Assembly: GCF_035497235.1 (NCBI RefSeq)
Contig: NZ_DATJEB010000052.1
Location: 21,260-85,259 of the forward strand
DNA from: Agriterribacter sp.
Lineage (GTDB): Bacteria > Bacteroidota > Bacteroidia > Chitinophagales > Chitinophagaceae
Direction: 5' to 3'
DNA: 64,000 bases
Below the pieces are notes generated by a model. The model saw only the letters and a list, made by a program, of their open reading frames with translations, did not search any database and was not told where the DNA came from. The first letter of the stretch is position 1. The number at the start of each line of letters is the position of its first letter. Both the position numbers and the translations under genes were made by a program. Below are positions 18,751 to 27,939 of the stretch, piece by piece.

Positions 18751-20127
18751 ATGACAGCATTTATTAATCATCATCAAATTCCTTTACTCGCCGAAACGGA
18801 TATACTGGTAATAGGCGCAGGTTCGGCTGGTTGTGTAGCTGCGTTAGCTGCAAGACAAAGCCGGAAATACGAGGTAATGCTGGTTGAACGGTACGGTTTT
18901 CCCGGCGGCACATCTACCCAGATGCTCGATACATTTTATGGTTTTTTCACCCCCGGGGAAACATCCAAAAAAATTGTGGCAGGTTTAGCGGATACGATTG
19001 TAAATACACTGAATGAAACTGGGGATATTTTTTTGCGTCCCAATACTTACGGAGCGGGAACTGGCGTCAATTATAACCCGGAGCGTTTAAAATATGTGTG
19101 GGATCAAAAAATCATGGAAGCCGGTATCCGTTTTTTGCTGCATACTACTTTGGTTGACGTGGTAAAGGAAGAGGCAGAAAAACAGAGTTGCATTTTCTGG
19201 AATAAAAGTGGGTTTTATAAAGTTAAAGCCAAAAGAGTTATTGATGCTTCCGGCGATGCTGATTTTTGTCATTTGGGAGGATTTTCTTATGAAGTTGCCG
19301 GTGAGTCAGCGCCTGCTCAAAGCATGACTACTACTTTCAGGATGAGCAATGTAAACTTAGAAAAATTTGAACAGACCGGCGGTAAAAAAATGATGAATGA
19401 AAAAATGAAAACCGCTTTTGAAACAGGAAGCTATGCATTGCCCCGGAAAGAAGGGTCGGCTCATGAAATGTGCCAAAAAGGATGTATATCCACAGTGGCG
19501 GTGAAAGTAGGCGGTTTAAATGCATTAAATGCGGAGGAGCTCACCCAGGCTGAGATAGAGGGGCGCAAACAGGCATTCGTTTTCGAGGAGTTTTTTAGAA
19601 ACGAAGTTCCGGGGTATGAAGCATCAAAGATTATCGGGCTTTCACACCAGATTGGGGTTCGGGAAACCAGGCGTGTATACGGTGAATACCGCCTCAATAA
19701 GGATGATTGTCTGTCTGGCAACATTTTCCCTGACAGCATTTTTCTATGTGGGGCGCCTATTGAAGATCATCGAAAGGCCAAAAACGGGGAAAGTGAAACG
19801 TTCTGGCAATACATTCCTGACAATGGAGTATACGGAGTTCCCTATGGAACAATTGTGCCTAAAGGGAGCGAATTGGCCTGGGTGGCAGGCCGTTGTTTTT
19901 CTGCTACGCATGATGCCCATGCCTCATGCCGCTCAATGGCCCAAACGATGAGTATGGGACAGGCTGCGGGACTTGCCGCTGTACTTTCCCTGGATGAAGA
20001 CATGGCTGCTCATACCCTTGAGATTTCTAAATTACAATCCAAACTGCTACAAACCGGAACCATCCTGGAGGTTCCTCAAACTTTGGCAGATACAAGCAGA
20101 AATGGCTGGAGAAATAATTTCAGGTAA
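18751..20127 (+). CDS. FAD-dependent oxidoreductase (PF12831-like), cytoplasmic
   Basis: DILVIGAGSAGCVAALAA..LVERYGFPGG; VIDASGDAD; IGVRETRR; YGVPYGTIVP; AGRCFSATHDAHASCRSMA. No signal peptide. Confidence 0.9.
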   Translation: MTAFINHHQIPLLAETDILVIGAGSAGCVAALAARQSRKYEVMLVERYGFPGGTSTQMLDTFYGFFTPGETSKKIVAGLADTIVNTLNETGDIFLRPNTYGAGTGVNYNPERLKYVWDQKIMEAGIRFLLHTTLVDVVKEEAEKQSCIFWNKSGFYKVKAKRVIDASGDADFCHLGGFSYEVAGESAPAQSMTTTFRMSNVNLEKFEQTGGKKMMNEKMKTAFETGSYALPRKEGSAHEMCQKGCISTVAVKVGGLNALNAEELTQAEIEGRKQAFVFEEFFRNEVPGYEASKIIGLSHQIGVRETRRVYGEYRLNKDDCLSGNIFPDSIFLCGAPIEDHRKAKNGESETFWQYIPDNGVYGVPYGTIVPKGSELAWVAGRCFSATHDAHASCRSMAQTMSMGQAAGLAAVLSLDEDMAAHTLEISKLQSKLLQTGTILEVPQTLADTSRNGWRNNFR

Positions 20128-20197
20128 AGCAATCTTTGATCATCATTCAGCCAGAAGCGATGGTTGAAAGCCATAAGTAATCTGGTGCTATGTTAAT

Positions 20198-20254
20198 CGT
20201 GAAACGTCAGATGTTAAACGTGAAAATCTCATGTCTCACCTCTCCCGTCTCACA
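20198..20254. repeat. Mirror array of 7-mers (4 forward + 4 reverse-complement)
   Basis: CGTGAAA CGTCAGA TGTTAAA CGTGAAA, one A, then TCTCATG TCTCACC TCTCCCG TCTCACA; consensus CGTGAGA versus its reverse complement TCTCACG. Confidence 0.65.
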
Positions 20255-20292
20255 ATTGTTTGCGGTATAATAGTCTTAACTTAACATTAAAT

Positions 20293-21252
20293 ATGCAATC
20301 AACTAATATTCCATTTGTACGTACTGTTCTGAGAGATATTTCTCCTGCTGAAATGGGACTGACCTATGCTCATGAACATATTGTTATTGAGGAAAGTTAT
20401 CCTACCCTGCAAAATCCTTTGTTCCTTTTGAACGATGTAGATAAAATTTCGGAGGAGTTAAAAAACTTTTACGAAACAGGGGGACGAACGATAGTTGACA
20501 CCATGCCCGCCGATTGCGGCCGTAATGTACTCAAACTGGCTGAAATTTCCCGCAGGACAGGTGTAAACATTATAGCACCTACCGGCATTCATCTTGAAAA
20601 GTATTACTTACCCAATCACTGGCGATATTCTTATACCGAAGAACAATTGACCCGTTTATTTATAGATGATGTAATGATTGGAATTGACGCCAATGATTAT
20701 AACGGTCCCTTTGTTAACCGCACCACGCATAAAGCCGGTATGATCAAACTGGCCACCGGTGATGAAAAGATTACTGCCCACCAGGAGAAAATATTTCATG
20801 CGGTAGTGAACACCCACCTGGAAACCGGCGTGCCTATTTTAACCCATTCCAATTTTGGCAAACATGCCATTGACCAGGTGAATATATTTGAAAGGCTGGG
20901 CGCTCATTTAGCGCATGTGGTGATTTCACATGTTGATCGCTGCGAGGATATTGAATACAACCGGGCCTTACTTGAAACCGGCGTAAAAGTAGAATACGAC
21001 AGTGCTTTCAGATGGAAAGAAAAAGAGAACCGGACCTACAAACTACTGCAAGCTTTATTGCCTGACTTTCCTGATCAGATAACGATGGGAATGGATGCCG
21101 CTAAAAGCAGCTATTGGTTATCTTACGGCGGCAAGCCCGGATTGAATTTTTTGCTCACTACCTTTAAAGATGATCTCCAAAAGATGGGCTTGGGCGAGTA
21201 TTACGAAAATATTTTTTTTAAAAACCCGGCGCAGTTGTATTCATTTTCTTAA
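20293..21252 (+). CDS. Phosphotriesterase-family (amidohydrolase-fold) lactonase-like protein
   Basis: MGLTYAHEHI, TIVDTMP..GRNV, GMIKLAT, ILTHS, ISHVDR, MGMDAA metal-ligand pattern of the PTE/PHP family. Confidence 0.88.
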   Translation: MQSTNIPFVRTVLRDISPAEMGLTYAHEHIVIEESYPTLQNPLFLLNDVDKISEELKNFYETGGRTIVDTMPADCGRNVLKLAEISRRTGVNIIAPTGIHLEKYYLPNHWRYSYTEEQLTRLFIDDVMIGIDANDYNGPFVNRTTHKAGMIKLATGDEKITAHQEKIFHAVVNTHLETGVPILTHSNFGKHAIDQVNIFERLGAHLAHVVISHVDRCEDIEYNRALLETGVKVEYDSAFRWKEKENRTYKLLQALLPDFPDQITMGMDAAKSSYWLSYGGKPGLNFLLTTFKDDLQKMGLGEYYENIFFKNPAQLYSFS

Positions 21253-21532
21253 TAACAACACTAAAAGGGATATTAAGAAATGCTACGGAAGAAAGCCTGA
21301 ATCATGAGAAATACATCTGCTATTCATATTTAAAGATGAGCCTGTCTTTAAAAGGTTGGTATAGAAGATATGCTACTAATATCTTTTTAAAAGCCACGAA
21401 TATACGAATGTGCCTTTGGTACAATGGGTTATTAAATTCGGGCATAGATTTTTCGACAAAACGGTGGCAGGTAGAACTAATGTTTAAGACATGAACCGGG
21501 GTACCCAACCGCTTTTCAGTGATATGCCAGCA

Positions 21533-24352
21533 TCATGGCATAAATACAAACCACCGCTGGCTTTTAGCAGGTATGGTTACCCGTAAGTTCGTTGTTGTGC
21601 CGTTTAACGTTATTTTTTTAGCCGCCCCGTCATTTTCACTTATAGTAGCCCGGTTTTTTAACCCGGTATAATACAGGTCTACCTTTATTTCCCTGGTAAT
21701 GGGTTCGTTCAACGGGTTATATATCATTAGCAAGCCTTTTTCTTTACCATGCGGATCGGCATGCAGTATGGCATCATAATCCCTTCCATCGGGCCTGCGC
21801 AGATGAATAATATCGGCGTCTAATATCCGCCTGTGCTTCTTATAAAAATCAACCCATTTTTTTACCAGGGTCTTGGTTTGAGGCGCATCATATAATTGCG
21901 GGCCACGGTAACAGGCCTGCACACCCGCTCCAAACAAATTGGCCAAACGCTGTTCATAATGCGGGAGGTGTTCTTTCAATGGTTCTATAGTAGCCGCAGC
22001 ACCTCCGCCATGATACTGTACCAATGGCACAAACATCCAGCCCATAGAAGGTGCTTTTTCCCAGGTGCCATCGTATATATTCTGACGCTCAATAACTTCC
22101 TGCAGTTCCCGCGGCAATGACCAGTTCGTTTCGCGATAGCCCATAGCTATTTTGGTGCTGCCGTTTAAAAAATACCAGTCGGGCACATTAAGGTAAATGC
22201 CTTTGCTCCTGCACCATTGGTAAAATTCCTGTACTTCCCTGAACTGTTTCCAGCGCGAATCTTCCAGGCCTCTGTGACCCGGATGATCAGTGGAAGCACA
22301 AACATCACCCGGATAAGAGCCATCATGTTCCAGCAGATCCTGCCCCGTAGTTTCATAAAAACGGTACAGTTTTTTAAAATAATCCTGTCCCCATTTGCTT
22401 TCTAAGCAGGGTGAGCTGCCAAATGCAGGCTTCATGCCTTCGGGCATTACCACATCGTTTGCTGCGTTGATGGAACGGCTGGCCAACAACGAATATCCGC
22501 CAAGGGCCACGCCTTTTGATTTCGCGTACTCCTTCAGCGCTTTCATACGCTGCAGGTTGTGCTGCGAAGTATCTTCAATATTAAATCCGCTGCCAAAAGT
22601 CATGATCACCATTTCAAACCCTACTTCCGCGCATTGATCTATTGCTTTTTTAACAGGCTCATCCGCAGCGCTGCTTACATGCATGATGACGGGATTTTCG
22701 GTTACCCACGGTGCGATGGTCCGGTATAGCTTTCTTTCGCTTAATCCTCTCCGCTCCCTGTCGTAGCTGTCGTATACCAGCTCCCACAGCCGCATGCTCT
22801 CAAAAGATTCTCCCATAGCCAGCTCCTGCCCCATCCCGGTTTTGGGCATGCACACCAGCAGTGAAGGGGTTTGCAGTGCATAGTTTACCTGGGTGGTGTA
22901 GGAAGAATCGGTTTGCCATTCTACGCAGGCGTTTTGCGCCGCATTGGGCGACATGGAGCCAAACGCAAAATCACTTTCTGTAAATATAGGGGGCAGTTCC
23001 CAGCGCTCTTTATGTTCTACCGCGCTTTCTGCCTCTGTTACTGCCAGGTGCTCGCTTTTTATATTATTTACTATAATTTCCTGCTTGCTGTTGTTTTCCA
23101 CACTCACCCATTTGCTCAGCAGGGGTAATCCATCGTATAACTCGTAATGCACTTTTACGGTGAGTCCGCTCAGAAAATCAAAATCCGCATGCGTTTCGCC
23201 GGATTCGCCCAACAGCAATACCTGCTCTATTTTACTGCGCCCCGTTGCCCCGGCTTCACCACGTACCATTTTGCCACCGCGGGGATCAGTCTTACCCACA
23301 CGGATATGCGCAGGCATATTTGCATAGGGCAATTCAGTAAGTGTTGTATAGTTTTTACCATCGGCTGATATGCTGCATATCATTTTGCCGGTAGCCAGCA
23401 GCACTTTCAAATAATAAGATTTGCCGGGGTCAAAGCCTTCGAAGCTTTGGCTTTTACCTTCATGAAATATTCCAAATTTTTTGTTGCGGGGAGAAAGATA
23501 GAATTTGGATGATTTTTCCTCTTCAAACTGGAGCGCAATACCAGGACCATACCCGCTGCTTTGATCCGTGCCTGTATTCAGCTTGCATATGATCACTCTT
23601 GTGCCGGCAGGTAAAGGCTGTTCGCCAAACACCACTGCATTAGCAGGCGCCATTATTTCGCCGGCCTTACCTTCGTTATTAAAAGCATTTGCGGCTGCAT
23701 TGATCGTAACGATATTCCAATTGGGCGACAGTGTAATAAAATCATCTTTCATTAAAACTTCTCTTTGGGCATCACCCGCATTCAGGTTTTGAAAATTGCG
23801 GATAACGGCTTCATCGGCTTTGTAGGTAAAGGCAACCTCTGTTCCTTTGGGCGGCCATGGCAGTTGCTGCGATGACCATTCGGTACGGCGGTTCCATTCA
23901 AAACGTGCTTTGATGGGAGATGTGGCGTATGATACCAGCTTTAAACTGTAAGGGTCGGCTTTCATTTCAGGTATCCATTCGGGTAAGAGATAGTTGCCAA
24001 TAGGCTGACCTGTTAACCCGCCCGCTTTTATTTCATGGCCGTTTATCCACAATACCGCTTCAGGCGATACCGCCCGAACCAGCGCTTCATTGGTAACTAA
24101 ATTATCCAGCCCTATGGTTGCACCGTTAGGCGTCATGGTAAAAGTTCTTGTTATTAGTCCGTTGCTCAGCGCCATATGGCCTTCGGGTGTTTTGTATACC
24201 GCGGATTGCCGGCCGGCATTACTTACCAGCCAGTCGGCTTTGCTGCGTAGTTGCGCTTTGTTATACAGTGGAAGGGTATCAACACGAATAGGCTGTGCAT
24301 CCACATTGAAACACGAACAAGCGGCAATCAGGAACAATACATATCTGAGCAT
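21533..24352 (-). CDS. Secreted GH36/GH27-like (alpha-galactosidase-like) protein with an extra beta-sandwich domain
   Basis: Signal peptide; VHYELYDGLPLLSKW; PWVTENP; IDQCAEVGFEMVIMTFGSGF; LLEHDGSYPG; GYRETNWSLPR; C-terminal beta domain. Confidence 0.7.
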   Translation of the reverse strand: MLRYVLFLIAACSCFNVDAQPIRVDTLPLYNKAQLRSKADWLVSNAGRQSAVYKTPEGHMALSNGLITRTFTMTPNGATIGLDNLVTNEALVRAVSPEAVLWINGHEIKAGGLTGQPIGNYLLPEWIPEMKADPYSLKLVSYATSPIKARFEWNRRTEWSSQQLPWPPKGTEVAFTYKADEAVIRNFQNLNAGDAQREVLMKDDFITLSPNWNIVTINAAANAFNNEGKAGEIMAPANAVVFGEQPLPAGTRVIICKLNTGTDQSSGYGPGIALQFEEEKSSKFYLSPRNKKFGIFHEGKSQSFEGFDPGKSYYLKVLLATGKMICSISADGKNYTTLTELPYANMPAHIRVGKTDPRGGKMVRGEAGATGRSKIEQVLLLGESGETHADFDFLSGLTVKVHYELYDGLPLLSKWVSVENNSKQEIIVNNIKSEHLAVTEAESAVEHKERWELPPIFTESDFAFGSMSPNAAQNACVEWQTDSSYTTQVNYALQTPSLLVCMPKTGMGQELAMGESFESMRLWELVYDSYDRERRGLSERKLYRTIAPWVTENPVIMHVSSAADEPVKKAIDQCAEVGFEMVIMTFGSGFNIEDTSQHNLQRMKALKEYAKSKGVALGGYSLLASRSINAANDVVMPEGMKPAFGSSPCLESKWGQDYFKKLYRFYETTGQDLLEHDGSYPGDVCASTDHPGHRGLEDSRWKQFREVQEFYQWCRSKGIYLNVPDWYFLNGSTKIAMGYRETNWSLPRELQEVIERQNIYDGTWEKAPSMGWMFVPLVQYHGGGAAATIEPLKEHLPHYEQRLANLFGAGVQACYRGPQLYDAPQTKTLVKKWVDFYKKHRRILDADIIHLRRPDGRDYDAILHADPHGKEKGLLMIYNPLNEPITREIKVDLYYTGLKNRATISENDGAAKKITLNGTTTNLRVTIPAKSQRWFVFMP

Positions 24353-24594
24353 ATTTACATTTGATTTCGTGTATAAATGCTGAAAAGCTTCTGTTGCTCT
24401 TGCGGCTTAATGAACAAATTAGGTAATTTTTCTTGTCTGACCATAGCCTATGCCAAACGGGAAGGTATTACGCTCATTATTCATGATTTATTTTCGTTTA
24501 CCCGTTATCGTAAGTATTAAAATTAAGCCCCAAAACAAAATATACCTGTATCATCTGCGTTTCGGTTACAATCTTAACGTTTAATTTAATTATC

Positions 24595-25113
24595 ATGAAA
24601 AAAAATCTCGTATCCATTATTGCGTTTATGCTGTTAACCTTAGGGATGATTGCATGTAAAAAAGACAACACCGAATCCGTGGACCCTGAAAAACAAAATG
24701 AAGAAATAAAAACGGCTCTTACCGGCAAATGGCAAAGAGAGCATCTTTCGGTTAAGGGGTATAAAGACGGGCAACTCATCGAAGAAAACATTACCAATGA
24801 AGTAATACTTACAGAACTGCAAAAAGAAATTCCTTACTATTTCGAATTTACAAAAAACAAATTCATTCTTATTGGCTTAGATGGGGATGGCCCCAAGGAA
24901 CAGTCTTATACCGTGGATGCTAAAACACACACTATTGTTTTAACTGATGACAGTAAAGAAGAAATTACAGAAGATGACATTACACGCATCAGGTATGAAT
25001 TATCAAAAAACAACAATGAACTTATTATAATAGTGATTTTTGAGGAGGATTTTGGAAATTATAATACCCTGCATGTTACTGTAAAGCTAAAAAGAGTTTC
25101 GGCGTTCGGCTAA
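24595..25113 (+). CDS. Lipoprotein with lipocalin-like domain
   Basis: SPII signal LGMIA-C followed by KKDNTES (Bacteroidota surface-export-like signal); LTGKWQ lipocalin-like motif; acidic, beta-rich. Confidence 0.75.
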   Translation: MKKNLVSIIAFMLLTLGMIACKKDNTESVDPEKQNEEIKTALTGKWQREHLSVKGYKDGQLIEENITNEVILTELQKEIPYYFEFTKNKFILIGLDGDGPKEQSYTVDAKTHTIVLTDDSKEEITEDDITRIRYELSKNNNELIIIVIFEEDFGNYNTLHVTVKLKRVSAFG

Positions 25114-25141
25114 TTATATATATCCTCTCATCCAGAAATTA

Positions 25142-25176
25142 CCGCAGATGTGCAGATTATATCTGCGCATCTGCGG
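25142..25176. terminator. Hairpin between convergent genes
   Basis: CCGCAGATGTGCAGAT-TAT-ATCTGCGCATCTGCGG, 16-bp stem with one G-U, 29 nt after the lipoprotein stop. Confidence 0.65.
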
Positions 25177-25335
25177 CTAAAAATCCAGGGTATATCCTTA
25201 TGTTTTGCTGCCATGCAGCCCGGTTAATCTGGAATGCACCTCATTGCCATCCTTTAGCCCGCTTTTCAATATCTTCCCTGTCAGTGATTAAAAATTCTAT
25301 TTTATATAGAGGAGACCGGATAAAACACCGGCATC

Positions 25336-27687
25336 CTATTTAGCCTGTACTTTTTCTGTACCATCCAAAAGCTTAAGCGTTATTTTCACTTTTATATCGG
25401 CGCTTTCCGTAAATGTGCCGTCAAACAATAAATGATGATTGCCTTCTGATAGTTCGGGTAGTGCCTGGGTTAAAACCACTTTCTTAACAAATTTGCCTTT
25501 CTGATCGTATAATGTGGCAGTATCCGAGTGATCAATAACCAGGCTTTGCCCGGCTTTTAAGTTTAAGGGCGGCTGTATCCGCAGGGAGTTATCCAGCTCA
25601 ATAACCGGGTTGCTGATTTCTCCTTTATCACCCGCGGCCAGCAATACCAATTGTACATTTTGCTTACCTGTTTTATTTTCAAAAGTCCATTCAGACGAAG
25701 TGGGTTCGCCCGGTTGTAATACTTTGGGAAGATGTTCGAAAGTGATTTTTTTATACCGGTACATTTTCCAGGCATTGCTGCCGTCCCTTTGCAAGTGCAC
25801 ATCATTTTCCGGAATCTTCAGCCATTGCTTCTGGGCCGGTGAAAATGCATTTTTTTGTTGTGCCTCCGTCCAGCTATTCACCTGCTCAACGATTTCGTGA
25901 ATAAAAGGGTTGTTCTTTACCGCGTCATAACGTACTACCAGTGCATAGCCCGCATGATAGCCTGCCGCTCTTGCCAGCATCCAGTCCACATCTTCCGGTT
26001 TTGTTTGGCTGGTAATTAAAAACCAGCCCAGCATATTAGGCATATAATTATTTTCATAATACACCTGGTTGTCTATGCGGTAATCTGACTGGCTTTCGCG
26101 GAAACCGCCATACCAGGGCTCTCCCCAGTTCAGGTAATCATTCATGTGCCAGAAATAATGACCAGACCTGCTTGATCCAAAAACAACAGGATGTTTTATT
26201 GCCTTATACACATCTTCCGCAAAACCCTCCAGCGACAGGTTGCCCATGCCGGTAGCATAGGTTCCTTCATGCCCGTCAAAGTCTAATTGATCAGCCCCGG
26301 TATCATTAATAAAACGGGCGATGTTTCCGGCGATTTCTTTTTGCAATATCCAGTCGGGGAAAAAAACTTTATAGGGATGATCTATCAGCCTGCTCACCGC
26401 CGCGCCTTTAGGATGGTTTGATTTTTGTGTGCCAAAAGCTCCGCGCACACAGTCCAGCAACTGATAAGGTGCATTGTTAGAAACCGCTCTGAAACGAATG
26501 ATTTCATCTCCAATACGAATGCTGTTCAGATCGCTTCGCATTTCAAAATATGCAGGCGACAGAATATTTATTACGGTTGCATGCTCATCAATAGCTTCCT
26601 GCAAAAGGCTGCTTCCTGCAGTTGCCAGGTGCGGATGAGGTTTGGGAGTTACATACGCATCGTTTGTAGTAATGAAAGTAGTAAGGGTGTGAAACCCAAG
26701 CCGCAGGTCCAATGCATGCGCTTTCTGCACACATTTGGCAAAGCCTTTTATGCCATTGGGGAATAATTTTTTGTCCAGTTCAAAGTTACCCCAGGTGCTA
26801 AAAGGCCCTTCATGATATATGCCTTCAAGCCCCATGCTTTTAGCGTAACGCAGCAGGGTATCAATAGTCTCCTCGGAAAAAGAGGTGATCATATAGGGAC
26901 GTCCTGTAAGTGCCGATTGCCTGATCCATTCCTTCTTCCACAATGGATGAGGTAATCCTTCTGTCTGTTCAATGGCAGATATGATGGAAAGCACATCCGA
27001 AGGCTTACCGCCAAAAATGGCGATGGCAGAGCCTTCCGGCTTACCTTCAGGTATTCCTTTCACCGGAACATTTTTCCAACTGTTCCATACGGTAATCACA
27101 CGATCACGGGAACGATTAACCGTAAATGCCTGCAAAGCCGAACCAAAATCCTTTTTAACCGCTGTAGTTCCCCTTTCATACACGGCGCCTTCGTCATTAA
27201 CCAGTTCGCCACCGGTAGTTTTTGTGTTAAGCGCCAGCATGCCGATAGCAAACGCAGAGGAACGAACAACGCCAACGGTATTACCAATAGTGCCGGCAAG
27301 TGAAGTATTGAAAGGCCCCCAAATAACCGCATCGGCCTCCTTACTTATTTCAATCAATTCAAAACGAAGAAATGCTTTTTTAGAAGTTACGCTGATTTTT
27401 GCCATTTGTTTGTCCGGGTAATGCAACGCGATAGTATTTTTAGTAAAAACGGCAGCCAGGGGTTTATAGCGTTTCCCTTCTTTTACCAATTGCAATAATA
27501 CACCTGTACTATCCCTGGGCGCCAGGTTTTTACCTGCGGGTAACGATTCCATCGAAGTGATATTTCCCTTACCATCTATAGAAACAGAAAGCGCTCCGGA
27601 TGAAAATTTTTGCTGGGCAAACAACAGGTTTACGCTAATGATCAGCAAGCCGGAGATGATCATCTTTTTTACACAGGTGCTATACAT
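25336..27687 (-). CDS. Secreted hypothetical protein, probable TIM-barrel glycosidase (GH27/36-like nucleophile motif)
   Basis: Signal peptide; FSEETIDTLLRYAKSMGLEGIYH; LRLGFHTLT; DQLDFDGHEG; NWGEPW; MPNMLGWF. Confidence 0.6.
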   Translation of the reverse strand: MYSTCVKKMIISGLLIISVNLLFAQQKFSSGALSVSIDGKGNITSMESLPAGKNLAPRDSTGVLLQLVKEGKRYKPLAAVFTKNTIALHYPDKQMAKISVTSKKAFLRFELIEISKEADAVIWGPFNTSLAGTIGNTVGVVRSSAFAIGMLALNTKTTGGELVNDEGAVYERGTTAVKKDFGSALQAFTVNRSRDRVITVWNSWKNVPVKGIPEGKPEGSAIAIFGGKPSDVLSIISAIEQTEGLPHPLWKKEWIRQSALTGRPYMITSFSEETIDTLLRYAKSMGLEGIYHEGPFSTWGNFELDKKLFPNGIKGFAKCVQKAHALDLRLGFHTLTTFITTNDAYVTPKPHPHLATAGSSLLQEAIDEHATVINILSPAYFEMRSDLNSIRIGDEIIRFRAVSNNAPYQLLDCVRGAFGTQKSNHPKGAAVSRLIDHPYKVFFPDWILQKEIAGNIARFINDTGADQLDFDGHEGTYATGMGNLSLEGFAEDVYKAIKHPVVFGSSRSGHYFWHMNDYLNWGEPWYGGFRESQSDYRIDNQVYYENNYMPNMLGWFLITSQTKPEDVDWMLARAAGYHAGYALVVRYDAVKNNPFIHEIVEQVNSWTEAQQKNAFSPAQKQWLKIPENDVHLQRDGSNAWKMYRYKKITFEHLPKVLQPGEPTSSEWTFENKTGKQNVQLVLLAAGDKGEISNPVIELDNSLRIQPPLNLKAGQSLVIDHSDTATLYDQKGKFVKKVVLTQALPELSEGNHHLLFDGTFTESADIKVKITLKLLDGTEKVQAK

Positions 27688-27717
27688 ATTCCTTCATTTA
27701 TTTTTTTGACATACTGT

Positions 27718-27939
27718 CTATCCATAATAATCTTCTGTGCCTGTTCCAAAATGCGTAGGAAATTTTTTATCCCATGCTTCATCCATCAGTGGCAGGGACT
27801 GCATGACCGGAAATAACTTTCCCTGATAGCAGGAAGTGTTTTCACCATCAAGATCAATATTAATGGTTTGCGCATTGCCCGTTGCATAATGTACTACTAT
27901 AACAGCACAGATAAAAAACTTCAGATGTCTCATATCCAT
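27718..27939 (-). pseudogene. Internally deleted remnant of a DUF2961/GH172-family gene
   Basis: 73 aa joining a signal peptide (MRHLKFFICAVIVVHYATGNAQ) to FPTHFGTGTEDYYG, the GTGTEDY signature of DUF2961, then TAG. Confidence 0.7.

Noticed and set aside
20293-21252. Organophosphate-degrading phosphotriesterase (opd-like)
   Set aside because: No Tat signal, and the sugar-catabolic context fits a PTE-family lactonase-like protein; family membership does not imply that activity.
21260-21532. Missing 5-prime half of the sugar porter or another remnant after the PTE gene
   Set aside because: Translations of the plus frames show no MFS N-terminal motif; nothing assignable.
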